A stretch of 64,000 nt of DNA from NCBI RefSeq assembly GCF_006345805.1, contig NC_043001.1, forward strand, positions 91,512,001 to 91,576,000. The letters run 5' to 3'. Positions 25,011 to 37,888 of this stretch are shown here, piece by piece. Each line of letters begins with the position of its first letter. Position 1 is the stretch's first letter. This DNA comes from Octopus sinensis. Taxonomy: Eukaryota. The position numbers and the translations under genes are program-made. The notes beneath the pieces were generated by a model. The model ran no database searches. It worked only from the letters and a program-made list of their open reading frames with translations, and was not told the DNA's origin.

Positions 25011-25489
25011 AAAAAGGATGAATTTGTCTGTTCTTTATAATGGTACTGCGACTGGTTCAATGTTCACGAACTTACAGAGACAATCTTTCATACCAAGTAT
25101 TCAAGAGGGTGATGTGGAGTTTTATTTCCAGCAAGATGTAACAGTTGCAAAATGTAACATAGTAATGTAAGGGCCTACCTTGATAAGACTCTTGCTAAAC
25201 GGGTGGGTAGGACGAAGAGGTTCAATCGAATACACTCCGCGTTCAACGGCGCTCACACCACTACACTTTTCTGATGGAAATATTTTAAAGATAATGTTTA
25301 CGGTAAAAAGAAACCGGTAACAGTCGACGAACTGAGGCCAGCCATTGAGCGAGAATGTGCACACATGCCGGACTAAAAGGTTTCCTGGTGTTTTGTGATT
25401 CCATTATTTCGCGTTACTCAACAGTGCCTTAACCAGAACGATTAAACACTAAAAATATGATTTAATAAAAATAAAGTCAATCATTTATC

Positions 25490-25693
25490 TTTTACATGTT
25501 TCAGTTATTAGACTGCCACCATGCTGGGGCACCGCCTTAAAGAAATTTTAGACGAATGAATCGATCCCAATACATTTTCCTTTAAGCCTAGTACTTATTG
25601 TATCGGTCTCTTTTGTCGAAACGCAAAGTTACGGAGACGTAAATACAGCAATACCAGCTGTCAAGCGAGGGTGAGGGACAATCACAGACAAAG

Positions 25694-25715
<22 letters not shown>
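25490..25715 (-). mobile_element. SINE family A, 3' half
   Basis: Degenerate family A tail region. Confidence 0.75.
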
Positions 25716-25728
<13 letters not shown>

Positions 25729-25907
25729 ATAACAAATTAATAAATAAAACATATGCATATATACATACATATATGTACTACCTACTTCTACATGTATATA
25801 TGCATGCAAATATGGATACAGGACACTAAAAAAACGTCGAACACAATGAGAAACGAAAACATAAACACAAAACCAAGGAAATGGATATTTTTCTTAAACA
25901 ACGAAAA

Positions 25908-26476
25908 AATAGAGTACAGGACATACAACACAAGAAAAATTCTCCTTCTTCAGTCGCCTCTGTTTCATCTACTCCACGTTTCGAAGGTCAAGGCGAGACA
26001 CGACTTCGCTGAAACAGTCCTTCCCGCAAAAAGCAAATTAAATAAAATTTGAGATTTTTTTGCGGAGGGGTAAAAATGGTAACAAAAACAGAACAGTAAA
26101 GACAGTACAAATTATAAACAGTAAAAGACAGGGCAAAGAGAATAACAGTAACACAGACAATGAGGGCTGTTAAGCCAAACGAGAGAAAATATTACGAACG
26201 CTTGTTGAGAACGGCAGAGAGACACGTCTGTGTTACTGTCATTCTCCTTGCCCTATCTTTTACTGTTTTTAATTTGTACTGTCTTTACTGTTCTGTTTTT
26301 GTTACTATTTTTATCCCTCCGCAAAAAAATCTCAAATTTTATTTAATTTGCTTTTTGCGGGAAGGTATGTTTCAGGGAAGTCGTGTCTCGCCTTGACCTT
26401 CGAAACGCTGAGTAGATGAAACAGAGGCGACTGAAGAAGGGAAATTTTCCTTGTGTTGTATGTCCTGTACTCTATT
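25908..26476. repeat. Long inverted repeat: ~251-bp arms, 67-nt spacer
   Basis: 25908-26158 is the near reverse complement of 26226-26476. Confidence 0.95.
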
Positions 26477-27223
26477 ATATATCTGTATTTCTAGCTAAAT
26501 TAAAGGGAAAAGAAAACAAAACCAAGGCAGGACAAGCTTCTCGGATCATATAATAGAAGACACTTGCCGAAGTGGCCACACGGTAGGATTGAAACCGGAA
26601 TCATGTGGTTGACAAGCAAGGATCTTCCCACATAGCCACAACCATGACTGTGTCTACTTATCTGTACATTCTATAAAATTTTGAAAATAAAATCTGTGTT
26701 AACAAACGCCGACTTTATGATAACCGAATATGTGTATACACTATTTTGAGGACAACCTGTATATATAATATATTCACTGGCGCGCGCGATTCTTTGTGTA
26801 CTTCTCTTTGTATATGTGTATGTATAGGTAAATGTATTAAATTATTTCTGTACAGGGTTACCTATCTATTCACGTAACATAATCACACACGTATGTTCAG
26901 ACGATGCAAACAACACATTTTTTTTGAACAATGGATGTTTTCCTTGTTCTAAATAAAGAAACAGAAAAAACCCAAAATCTATATGCGTGTATGTATGTAT
27001 GTATGTATGTATGTATGTATGTATGTATGTATGTATGTATGTATGTATGTATGCATGTATGTATATATGTACGTATGTACGTACGCATGTATGTATATAT
27101 ATATATATATATATGTATGTATATATGTATACATGTGTATATGTGTGTATATAATATATATATATATAATATATATATATATATAAGTGTATATACACAT
27201 ATGCATACATATATATTTATACT

Positions 27224-27259
<36 letters not shown>

Positions 27260-27537
27260 CTTACAGTATATATATGTATGTATATATATATATAGATCTA
27301 TATACATACATATATATATATATATATGAATAGATATAAATACGTATATATATGTGTGTGTATGTATGTGTGCATGTGTTGCGTGTGTGTATGTTTAATG
27401 TTCGCACTCACTAACACAAACACACACACACACAAACAAGCAAACACGTATTCGGTGCGTCTTCAACTAGTAGTAGCAAAGCAGTGAAGCGAAATAGGAT
27501 AGTAGTAATAGTACTGGTTGTGGTGGTGGTGGTGGTC

Positions 27538-27578
<41 letters not shown>

Positions 27579-28006
27579 ATATGTCAATAGAAATACTAAC
27601 TGCATTAGTCATCGGAGCAGATGTGTGGGCGGTGTCGCGGATACAATACATGAGTAATACAGGTGTAAAAGTAGCGGCGACAGTAAACGTTGCTTTAATT
27701 TATCTCCTTTTAATTTGATTGAATGACACGTCATAGTTTAATACTTTCCTACCTTTACCTGAGCTAATCAAACAATAAATGGCTTTCGTTTTTTTTTTCG
27801 GTTGTTGTTGTTGTTTTATAAATAGTTTCGTTTGTTTTGTCGTTCGTCTTTTTTTTTCTCTCCCCTTGAAGGGTTTATAGTCAAACAAATCTTTTCTTTT
27901 TACATTTCTTTTTCGAAATCTGGTACTTATTCTACGGGATCTCTTTTGCCGAACTGTTAGGTTACAGGGACGTAAACAAACTAATAATTAGATGTTATAT
28001 ATATAT

Positions 28007-28039
<33 letters not shown>

Positions 28040-28046
<7 letters not shown>

Positions 28047-28250
28047 GGGAGAGTTCACGAAAAACAAACAAAAGACGAAGACAGGTGGGTGTAAAGAACA
28101 AATAGATGTATAGTATAACGCTCAGGAATTGAAAAAATATTTTACTTTTCGAGCCTACGCTCTTCTACAGAAAGGGACACCGAAAAAAGGAGAGAAACAA
28201 GGAGAGAAAAAAATGTGTGTAGTGGCTACCGATCTATCATGGCGATATTT
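28040..28250 (-). mobile_element. Penelope pLTR-like non-coding repeat carrying a variant hammerhead
   Basis: Abuts (TA)n; shares sequence with 1975, 32575 and 62830, and the ribozyme module with 60845. Confidence 0.55.
28141..28175 (-). ncRNA. Variant hammerhead (CUGUAGA core)
   Basis: Minus strand TTT CTGTAGA A GAGC gtag GCTC GAAA A GTA AAA. Confidence 0.45.
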
Positions 28251-28269
28251 ATATATATAACTTAGATAA

Positions 28270-28590
28270 AACTTAGATATATTTCGACCAAAGATTGGTC
28301 CAGGCCTTGTCTAACTTAATAGCACCACCGGATAGGATTGTCTAAATCCTTTTTAAGTCAAGTTTTATTTATGGTCCATTCAAGTAGTGAGTTCTTGTTG
28401 AGTGAGTTGTATCCAGGTATGGGTAGCTTATCCGGTATTCCTTGAAGAAATCTGCCCAGACTCCGTTTAAAGGTGATCGGATCCTTTTCCTCTTTGATCA
28501 GTTTTGGGACAATGTTAAACTGGGCAGGGCCTGTTGAGGAAAATAAATGTGTCGCAGTGTACCTATATGTTGTGATCCTGACGCAAGCCG
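28270..28590 (-). mobile_element. CR1-like LINE 3' end
   Basis: FSSTGPAQFNIVPKLIKEEKDPITFKRSLGRFLQGIPDKLPIPGYNSLNKNSL. Confidence 0.7.
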
Positions 28591-28629
28591 GGTGAGGGAT
28601 TTGGAAGACGGGAACTGAAAGAGGCCGTC

Positions 28630-28691
<62 letters not shown>

Positions 28692-28910
28692 GTATGTAGT
28701 ATGTATTATGTATGTTATATGTCTGTGTTCGTCACCCCACCATCGCTTGGCAACCGATGTTGATGTGTTTACGTCCCCGTAACTTAGTGGTTCGGAAAAA
28801 GAGGCTGATATAATAAGTATTAGGCTTACAAAGAATAAATCCAAGGGACAAATAATAAGTCCTGGGGTCGATTTGTTCGACTAAAGGCGGTGCTCCAACA
28901 TGCCCTCAGT
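28590..28910 (+). mobile_element. SINE family A, head lost
   Basis: Core end, internal (TA)n, tail. Confidence 0.8.
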
Positions 28911-29325
28911 TAAATATATATATATTCCATCTTTGAAATTCTTTCCTTCAACACATTAAATGTAAGACCTCTTCCGTGGAGACGGAGGCTCGTCTAATCC
29001 AACGATGGAATCAATCTAGAAGCATTATTTCAGGCCTCTGAGCCCCCAGAAACAGCTGTCGGATTTGTAATACTTTTCTTCATTTGTATTCAGTATATGT
29101 CGAATTTTTTGTATGTAAACATATATACATTTTCTGTAGTTCTTGTTTTTAATATACTTTATGTTTTGATATATCTAACTTGCTTATCCCTACATTTATA
29201 TCTTTATCAGCTCAAGTTTAAATCTCTTGAGTACAAGAATATCCGATTCTCATCTATGAACTACATATATATAAATGTATAATATACAATTTAATATAAT
29301 ATTAAATTAATATAATATAATATAC

Positions 29326-29359
<34 letters not shown>

Positions 29360-29382
29360 TAATATATATATATATATATATA

Positions 29383-29505
29383 TCGTGAGTATATTTGTCA
29401 CTTAAATGTGGCTAACCCTTAAGGGTGGATGCTACTGTAGCTACAAGCTACAGTAGCATCCACCCTAAGGGTTAGCCACATTTAAGTGACAAATATACTT
29501 CACGA
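29383..29505. repeat. Near-perfect 60-bp-arm hairpin, 3-nt loop
   Basis: tcgtgagtatatttgtc...ctgtagct-aca-agctacag...gacaaatatacttcacga; only two single-base indels between arms. Confidence 0.95.
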
Positions 29506-29552
29506 TGTCGTGCAGCTACTGTTTATACCTCGGTCAGAGTTTTATTATTGAT

Positions 29553-29661
<109 letters not shown>

Positions 29662-30183
29662 ACACGTATGTATGAAGTTTAATTGTGCTTATTTGCACCA
29701 ATGTTTCCATATCAGTTCACTACGTATTTTCTTTATTGAGCAACTCTAGATCTCGCCTGTTTGATCTGTGTGCGTATGTATATAAGTATATATAGATATA
29801 TGTATGTATGAACATATACATATATATGTATATACATATTTATTTATTTACACACACACACACACGCACACGTATACATCCATCCATCCATCGATATATA
29901 TATATATGGTATTCATATATATATATACGTGGTATTCATCACAGCTGTCCAACGAACGGTAACGTGAAACTTTGAGTAACTGTTTTTGAAAATTTTTTCA
30001 GCTTTAATAAAAGTATATTGCTCTGCCTTCGGTATTCGAATACTATTTTTCCATCTTGTTTCGCATTCATGTACTTACTCGTATCCATCTATGTATGTAT
30101 GTATGTATGTATGTATGTATGATATACACACACACATATATATATATATATGCATTCATACATACATATATTACATGCATACA

Positions 30184-30217
<34 letters not shown>

Positions 30218-30395
30218 CACGGCGGGCTTCTTTCAGTTTCCGTCTACCGAATCCAGTCACAAATGTTTGGTCGGCCTGGGGCTATTGTAGAAGACACTTA
30301 CCTATTGTACCATGCTATGGCTTGCCTATGGTGCACTGAACTCGGAACCATGTGACTGGGATGCAAACTTCTTACCGTACATCTACGCCTGCGCC
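30218..30395 (-). mobile_element. SINE family A, 5' half
   Basis: Head and core on the minus strand. Confidence 0.75.
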
Positions 30396-30722
30396 TATTT
30401 CTCTTTTTCTTTGTATTCTTTTTTTTTTTTTGTCTCCACGAAGACAAAGATAAAAACCACAAAAGTACCACTACCACAGTGTCTGCACTCCTTAATTCTA
30501 TTGTCAGTTGAAATTGATATCAATGATGATCGGTGCATATTTGGATGGCCCTCGAGGGATATAATGAAATGTGAAGGTCGGTGAAATTTCTGCTTCGTTC
30601 GTCTACCTTTGCTATTCCATCAGTCAAGAAGGAAAAGAAAATGAAAAAAAAAAGAGACATAGTAACTGTAAGTATGTTAACTACAAAAATGACAACGGCA
30701 ACAACGATGGCGACAACAGCAA

Positions 30723-31234
30723 TCTATATATATAAAACTGTAGTTGTGTGAGTGTCTGTCCCCTTCGATTTAGATTCCTAACTACTCCCACATTTTGCGG
30801 TGCAGTTTAACCAAATTCGGGTATCTTATAGTCGTGATTCATATCGAGCCCGTCTGAGTATTAGCGCGCGTCTACGATGAGTCTACGATTTTAAAAATAA
30901 TTTAACATCATTTTTTATTCCATTTTAATGCATAATTTTTCGTGTGTCGATGGCGGCGGAGTTGGCGTCCATGGTCACACCTGCACCTGTTTGCTTCTCC
31001 CCCTTCGTCCCTCCCTCGTGAAGCTGTGGGAAGGGAGTGTAAGGAAATCAACGTCGTAATGCGTTGTCAAGGAGACCAGCGTTCTTTTAGAACAACGACT
31101 TCATGGCTTGAAGACACCAAAACAGAAATGGCTAAGAAAGCCCGAATTGGCATCTATAAGGGAAGTAACTCTCTAAAAATGCTTATATAGTTATTTCCCT
31201 TACAAACCCGAGCAACGCCGAGCGATACTGCTAG
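30723..31234 (+). mobile_element. Non-autonomous Helitron (512 bp), both ends intact
   Basis: A|TCTATATATATAAAA ... cccgagcaacgccgagcg atactg CTAG|T; no TSD. Confidence 0.85.
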
Positions 31235-31459
31235 TAATATATAAAATTATAACAACGACAACCACATTAACAAGAGCACTCAGAGAGCGCAAACCTCCAC
31301 TAAGACAACAACAACGTCCTTTCAACGATTAGCTAGAGACGATTTTTAAGATCAGAATATCTGAAATAAACCCGACTGTTCTCACAAACGAAAATAATAA
31401 AAATGAACCCGACCTCTCTCAAAAATTAAGTAAAAGAAAAAACCAAAAAAAAACAGGAA

Positions 31460-31825
31460 ACATGGTTCCGGGCTCATTCCCCCTGCGTGGCACCTTGGGC
31501 AAGTGTCTTCTACTATAGCTTCGGGCCGACCAAAGCCTTCTGAGTGGATTTGGTAGACGGAAACTGAAAGAAGCCCGTCGTATATATGTATATATGTATG
31601 TATGTGTGTGTATATGTCTGTGTGTCTGTGTTGGTCCCCCCAACATCGCTTGACAACCGATGCTGGTGTGTTTACGTCCCCGTAACTTAGCGGTTCGGCA
31701 AAAGTGACCTATAGAATAAGTACTAGGCTTACAAAGAATAAATCCTGGCTTCGATTTGCTCGACTAAAGGCAGTGCTCCAGTACGGCCGCAGTGAAATGA
31801 CTGAAACAAGTAAAAGAGTAAAAGA
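31460..31825 (+). mobile_element. SINE family A, 5'-truncated
   Basis: From catggttccggg to gtaaaagagtaaaagag. Confidence 0.9.
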
Positions 31826-32089
31826 GAGGGAAAATAATCCAAAACCATTGTCCGGCACCGGATCGATCCCAAAATCTAGTCAGTTCTTCCAGAGGTTCTT
31901 TCAAAATCTGATCCATCCAGCCGTTCTTGATATAGCTTTTCCACGGGCAAACAAACAATCACGACTTACAACAATACCTCCGCCTTATCTAAGGCGACGA
32001 CAATAATCATCCACAACTACTAACATCCACAACGGGTCACTTTCAGGGCACTTGAACATTTAACATACTACTACCATGGCTCTACCGCA

Positions 32090-32221
32090 TTCTTCTTCTT
32101 CTTCTTCTTCTTCTTCTTCTTCTTCTTCTTCTTCTTCTTCTTCTTCTTCTTCTTCTTCTTCTTCTTCTTCTTCTTCTTCTTCTTCTTCTTCTTCTTCTTC
32201 TTCTTCTTCTTCTTCTTCTTC
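32090..32221. repeat. Uninterrupted (TTC)44
   Basis: Direct reading: 132 bp. Confidence 0.95.
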
Positions 32222-32292
32222 TCAATAGCTGAAACCGGCACTGAAATGTTTTTTATAAAATTATTTTAGCATTTTCTACCTTGCCTTTTTTC

Positions 32293-32330
<38 letters not shown>

Positions 32331-32404
32331 GTAGAAAAACCTCTATTAAACAATTCAATTGCTAAATAGTATGTTTCCCTGTAAGTTTGGAATTATATTC
32401 CCTA

Positions 32405-32434
32405 CTATTATTATTATTATTATTATTATTATCA

Positions 32435-32495
<61 letters not shown>

Positions 32496-32525
32496 CATTA
32501 TTATTATTATTATTATTATTATTTT
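32405..32525. repeat. (ATT)n microsatellite
   Basis: Direct reading; source of the poly-I/poly-L ORFs. Confidence 0.95.
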
Positions 32526-32702
32526 ATATTTATTATTATTATATTATTGTTATTATATATATATATACATATATAGAGGGAGAGTTTATGAAAAGAACAA
32601 AAGACGAAGACAGGTGGTGTACTATATATATAATATATATATATATATAATATATATATATATATTATATATATATATATTATATGTTATTATATAATAT
32701 AT

Positions 32703-33078
32703 GTATATGTAAAAAATACAAGCTGGGACAAGAACGCAAAACATTTAGAAGACTATAGACAAGTCGTAAGACACCCGCTGTTTTTCTCCTGTTGTTACTA
32801 TTATTGTTTTTTGTATTTATATTCGTGTGACATCATCCGTTTTTCTGTCCTTGTTTCGTATACATTCGATCCTTTTTCCAAGAAATCTAATGCTCGTAGC
32901 TTAACTTTTCCTTGGGGCTGGCCGGATCGGAGCGATCTCAAGATTAATCAGCCGAAATTGCGAGGATGATCTGGTTCTTGACTGAAGATTGAAGGCTTCG
33001 AATGCCCCGTCCGTGTTTTTTGTATCGTCTTCTAAATGTTTTGCGTTCTTGTCCCAGTTTGTATTTTTTTACATATAC
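32703..33078. repeat. Element with ~51-bp inverted ends around a ~270-bp core
   Basis: 32703-32753 mirrors 33027-33078; flanked by (TA)n on both sides. Confidence 0.85.
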
Positions 33079-33117
33079 ATAAATATATATATATAGGGGC
33101 GTCCGTACCTCTTTTGA

Positions 33118-33157
<40 letters not shown>

Positions 33158-33539
33158 TATCCATACAGTTTCTGTTACCGAATACCCTCACTAGACATTG
33201 GTCGGCCTGGGTCTATAGTAGGAATCATTCGCCCAAGATGCCGCGCATTGGAACTGAACCTGGAGCTACGTAGTTGTAAAGCGACCTTCTTAAACATACG
33301 GCTGTTCAATATTCTTAAAATTGCCAATACAGTAATATTAATAAAACTGTACCGTTTCTTTTCTCCGTGGGAGCTGTTCTAGTGTAGGAGTTAAACCGGA
33401 TACGCAGATATGTACACGAAAGTGCGCTGGAAACTCTCCTCTGACGCCCTTACAAGAGTTAAATTTAGTCGCCTCGTGAGTAGGTGAGTTAAGTGCAATT
33501 ACTTAATTTTAATTTATTAAGATTAGATTAATTGCCGCT

Positions 33540-33900
33540 CGAAGGCGGCAAGCTGGTTGAATCGTTAGCACGCTTGGCAAATGCTTAGCGGTATTTCACC
33601 CGTTGCCGTTACGTTCTGAGTTCAAACTCCGCCGAGTTCAACTTTGTCTTTCATCCTTTCGGGGTCGATAAAAGAAGGACCAGTTAAACACGGGGTCGAT
33701 GTAATCGACTTAATCCGTTTGTCTGTCCTTGTTTGCCCTCTCTGTGTTTAGCCCCTTGTGGGTAGTAAAGAAATAGATATTTCGTCTGTCTTTGTGTTCT
33801 GAGTTCAAATTCCGCCGAGGTCAACTTTACCTTTCATCATTTCGGTGTCGATAAATTAAGTACCAGTTACATACTGAGGTCGATATAATCGACTTAATCC
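33540..33900 (+). mobile_element. SINE family B dimer
   Basis: Same junction aaagaaatag|(g/a)tatttcg at 33776. Confidence 0.85.
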
Positions 33901-34602
33901 GTCACATGTAGTGGCGAGGAAGTATAGAAAAATGGTAGAATCTTGGCTAAGAAAGCAAGTGGCGGGAGGTGGGGAGCGTGGCTGGCCAATAGAGCGTGTG
34001 TCATTACTAAAAGGGAATTTTTATCACGTGCACATGACTGCTTGAAGGCAGAAATCTCTCTCCTCATCTCTCTTTTTTTCCCTTCCTCTCTTTTTCTCCC
34101 TTCCTCTCTCTCCTTCCCTCTCTCTCCCTTCCCCCCTCTCTCCTTCACTCCCCTCTCTCCTTCACTCCCCTCTCGCTCATACACAAATCTTTACTTAGCA
34201 ATATTTTTTTACAATCACCGGTTTTCTGTCGACTTGATTGGGCGGTAGATTAGCAAACTCTGTAATGAGTGAGAGACTGTCTTACGGTATTTAGTGAGGT
34301 CCTTACAGGCATTTATTCTAAATTTAAACTGTTCGAAAGTAAGAGAAATTAAGTACAATTAATTTTGAATTAATCATTATTGAATTACTCGCTCGTTTAA
34401 TAAAATAAAATTCAAACTGTGTAATATTTTAATTAAAATCAAATCCTATTATTAAAATGTGAAGTAAAACGCAAAGTAAAGTGTTATAACTTATATATGC
34501 CACCGTGGTCGTTATGTTGCCTTTCAATCATCTGGTTTCCCAGCATGGTCGCACTCTAATGACTGAAACAAGTAAAAGATATAAAAGAAAAATAGTAATC
34601 AT

Positions 34603-34767
34603 AGGTGCAGGAGTGGCTGTGTGGTTAGTAGCTTGCTTAACAACCGCATGGTTCCAGTTCATTCCCACTGCGTGGCATCTTGGGCAATTGTCTTCTACTG
34701 TAGCCTCGGGCCGACCAAAGCCTTGTGAGTGGATTTGGTAGACAGAAACTGAAAGAAACCCGTCGTA

Positions 34768-34834
<67 letters not shown>

Positions 34835-35043
34835 TGGTGTGTGTGTGTGTGTGTATGCTTGTGTGTCTGTGTTTGTCCCCCCCACCCAACATCGCTTGAC
34901 AACCGTAACTCAGCGATTCGGCAAAAGAGACCGATAGAATAAGTACTAAGCTTCCGAAGAATAAGTCCTGGGGTCGATTTGCTCGACTAAAAACGGTGCT
35001 CCTGCATGACCGCAGTCAAATGACTGAAATAAGTAAAAGAGTA
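34603..35043 (+). mobile_element. SINE family A, near full length
   Basis: Family A head, core and tail; small deletion in the 3' half. Confidence 0.9.
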
Positions 35044-35184
35044 ATCAAATATCGGAATCGATAAGATTTATAGATTTGTGCTTCTATCATTATTTTAAAC
35101 TGGTTCTTAACTGGTTACAATCCCTCCCCTCATAAATTCACTAATTTACATTCGCCCCTCTTCGTTCCATCACCTTGAGTAAAA

Positions 35185-35405
35185 TTGATTTCAAATTTTG
35201 GCACAAGGCCAGCAATTTCGGGGGAGGGGGTAAGTCGGTTATATCGACCTCAGAGCGCAACTGGTACTTATTTTTAATCGACTCCAAAAGGATGAAAGGC
35301 ATAGTCAACCCCGACAGTATTTGAAACTCGATACTTTAAGTCGGAAGAAATTCCGTTAAGTATTTCGTACGGACGGTAACGATTCTGCCAGCTCGTCGCC
35401 CTCAT
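35185..35405 (-). mobile_element. SINE family B, alternative tail
   Basis: Degenerate family B. Confidence 0.75.
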
Positions 35406-35435
35406 CAGTCTGAACTATATTCAAACCTGACAAGC

Positions 35436-35467
<32 letters not shown>

Positions 35468-36254
35468 CGATGAGGATGACGATGAGGATGATGATGATGG
35501 TGGTGAGTGGTGGGTTCAGTAACCCATTGGGTAACCGAGACCTCAATCAGAACACAAGAAACAGTACATAAGAGGTAGGGCTTTGAGTCAAGTCCGGTGT
35601 TATTTTTAATAATAATAAGATTTTTAATAATAATAAGATTTTCTCAATAGGACTCAACCCCACCGAAGCTAGGCCTTAAAGCCTTGCTACCCCTCGCAGT
35701 AAAAGTAATTTAAAAAAAAAAACAAAAAAAACTTGAGGACTTCACTGAGGGGGTGTTATGTTGGGGTCGGTGAGGAAATAGGCTTATATGTGAGGGCTAA
35801 TTCCTCAAAATATTGTACGTACAAATGCTCTGTTTTTTAAATCAAGACATCTTCGAATGGTCCGTGTCTAAGTTATATCCACTGGACAAATTAAACTCAG
35901 CACCATTTGTAAACTTCATAGTACTACTAATTTACATCTTAGGTTTCTCCTTCTAGAGCTAAATGTCTTGAAGTTTGATGCACTACGTTTCTAGTCACCT
36001 GATATAAACCACTGATTTTAAGTCATCTCAGCCATATAGGTAAGTTCTCCGTTCTTACCCACACTATTTCCGATTAAGCATCTCTTTCCATGATCTTCAT
36101 TCCGCAATAACTCCATCCCTCGGACATATTATTCACCTCAGCCACCAATTCTTATAGAGATTAAACTTAACATTAAGGGCCTACCATGAGCTCTACACGG
36201 AGCTTAAGTCGGTTTCTAAGGCGTACGAGTGTCTGAAAGTGCAACACCTCCACC

Positions 36255-36445
36255 AAGTTGTTATGTCTCTGAATGTGACGCCAGTTCGTCGTAGGCTATT
36301 GCTGAAACTCATTTACAGATGAGTAGACTGGAGCAATGTGAAATGAAGGGTTTTGTTCCAAAACACACGCACTACTAGGTCCGGAAATCGAACCCACAAT
36401 CTTAGGATTGCAAGCCCACCGTTACCACTAGGCCACGTCGCCTCA
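36255..36445 (-). mobile_element. SINE family E (tRNA head plus CORE-like box)
   Basis: Minus strand gtggcctagtggtaacgg...gggttcgatttcc...catttcacattgctccagtctactcatctgtaaatgag. Confidence 0.65.
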
Positions 36446-36854
36446 CAAAAAACTTAACTTTAACCCTGAAGAATTCACGTAGTCTACCCTGCACCTCACC
36501 CTAGGTAGGCTCGAACTGGTTAGGCATAGAATCGGTTCTACTTAAAGCACGGGGTGATCATGTTTGAATTACAGAGATCCATAGGACCAGGTTGGTCTAA
36601 AGTGTCATATCAACCGAGAAGTTAAATCACTCCCGAATAGGAAACGAAATTACACTAAATAACTCTTACAAACATGCGTAAAATATGCTCACATTTAAGT
36701 GATCAGAGGCAATGTAGACTATTTCCCGTACAGCATTTTTGGTTGTGTGTATCACTCAACCCTTTCATCACCGTATTTCCGTTGGCTTTTGTTTCAATTA
36801 ATCTTTAAACTAATGAAAAAATGAATAAAATAACTATATCTTACAGTCTAGTAT

Positions 36855-37086
36855 TTACTCTTTTACTCTCTTTTACTTGTTTCAGTCATTTGACTGTGGC
36901 CATGCAGGAGCAACGCCTTTAGTCGAGCAAATCGGCTGCAGGAATTATTCTTTGTAAGCCTAGTACTAATTCTATTGGTCTCTTTTGCCGAACCGCTAAG
37001 TTACGGGGACGTAAACATACCAGCATCGGTTGTCAAGCGATGTTTGTTGGACAAACACAGACACACAAACATACACATACACACAC

Positions 37087-37117
<31 letters not shown>

Positions 37118-37290
37118 TACATACATATACATATATACGACAGGCTTCTTTCAGTTTCCGTCTATCAAATCCACTCACAAGGCTTTGGTCGGCCCGATGC
37201 TATAGTAGAAGACACTTGCCCAAGGTGCCACGCATTGAAACTGGAACCATGTGGTTGGCAAGCAAGCTACTTACCACACAGCCATTGCCA
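36855..37290 (-). mobile_element. SINE family A, full length
   Basis: Reverse complement of family A. Confidence 0.9.
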
Positions 37291-37319
37291 CCCGTATATT
37301 TGGGATAAATTACTTTCTA

Positions 37320-37505
37320 CGAGAGGCACAAGGCCTGAAATTTTTCATAGATTAGTCGATAACATCAACTTTAGCAATTATTTTATCGACCCCGAAAGGA
37401 TGGAAGTTGACCATAGCGATATATGAACTCATAACGTAAAGTGCCGGAAAAAATACCTCTAGGTTTTTTGTCCGTTGTGGTAGCAATGTTGCCAGCTCGT
37501 CGCTT
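37320..37505 (-). mobile_element. SINE family B, degenerate
   Basis: ttttatcgaccccgaaaggatggaag...gccagctcgtcgc. Confidence 0.65.
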
Positions 37506-37888
37506 TTATTTGGGACATAAACTGTACACACGCACACACACAGATACAAAAATACACATGCATACATACATGCATGCATGATGCAGGCATGTACGTATGT
37601 ATGTATGTATGTATGTATGTATGTATGTATGTATGTATCGTACGTACGTATGTATGTATGTATGTATGTATGTATGTATGTATGTATGTATGTATGTATG
37701 TATGTATGTATCTCTCTCCCTCTCTCTTTCTCTCATCAAATATATATGCAAAAAACTTCGAGGGAACGTAAAATAATTCTTTTCCAAAACAATGAAACTC
37801 GAAACAGATGAAACTATTTTCATGCAAATACTGGGTTAAGCATTTTCTCTGGATAGGAAAAAGTCAAAGGTATTTTTATGAATGCACT

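Larger units (their letters stand above)
23880..25490 (+). mobile_element. Second Tc1/mariner (maT/DD37D-like) transposon remnant carrying nested insertions
   Basis: [75 protein letters not shown]. Confidence 0.85.

Noticed and set aside
26395-26445. Possible permuted (type II) hammerhead CCTTC GAAAC...CTGAAGA AGG in the fold-back arms
   Set aside because: No valid cleavage triplet with a pairing stem I in either arm.
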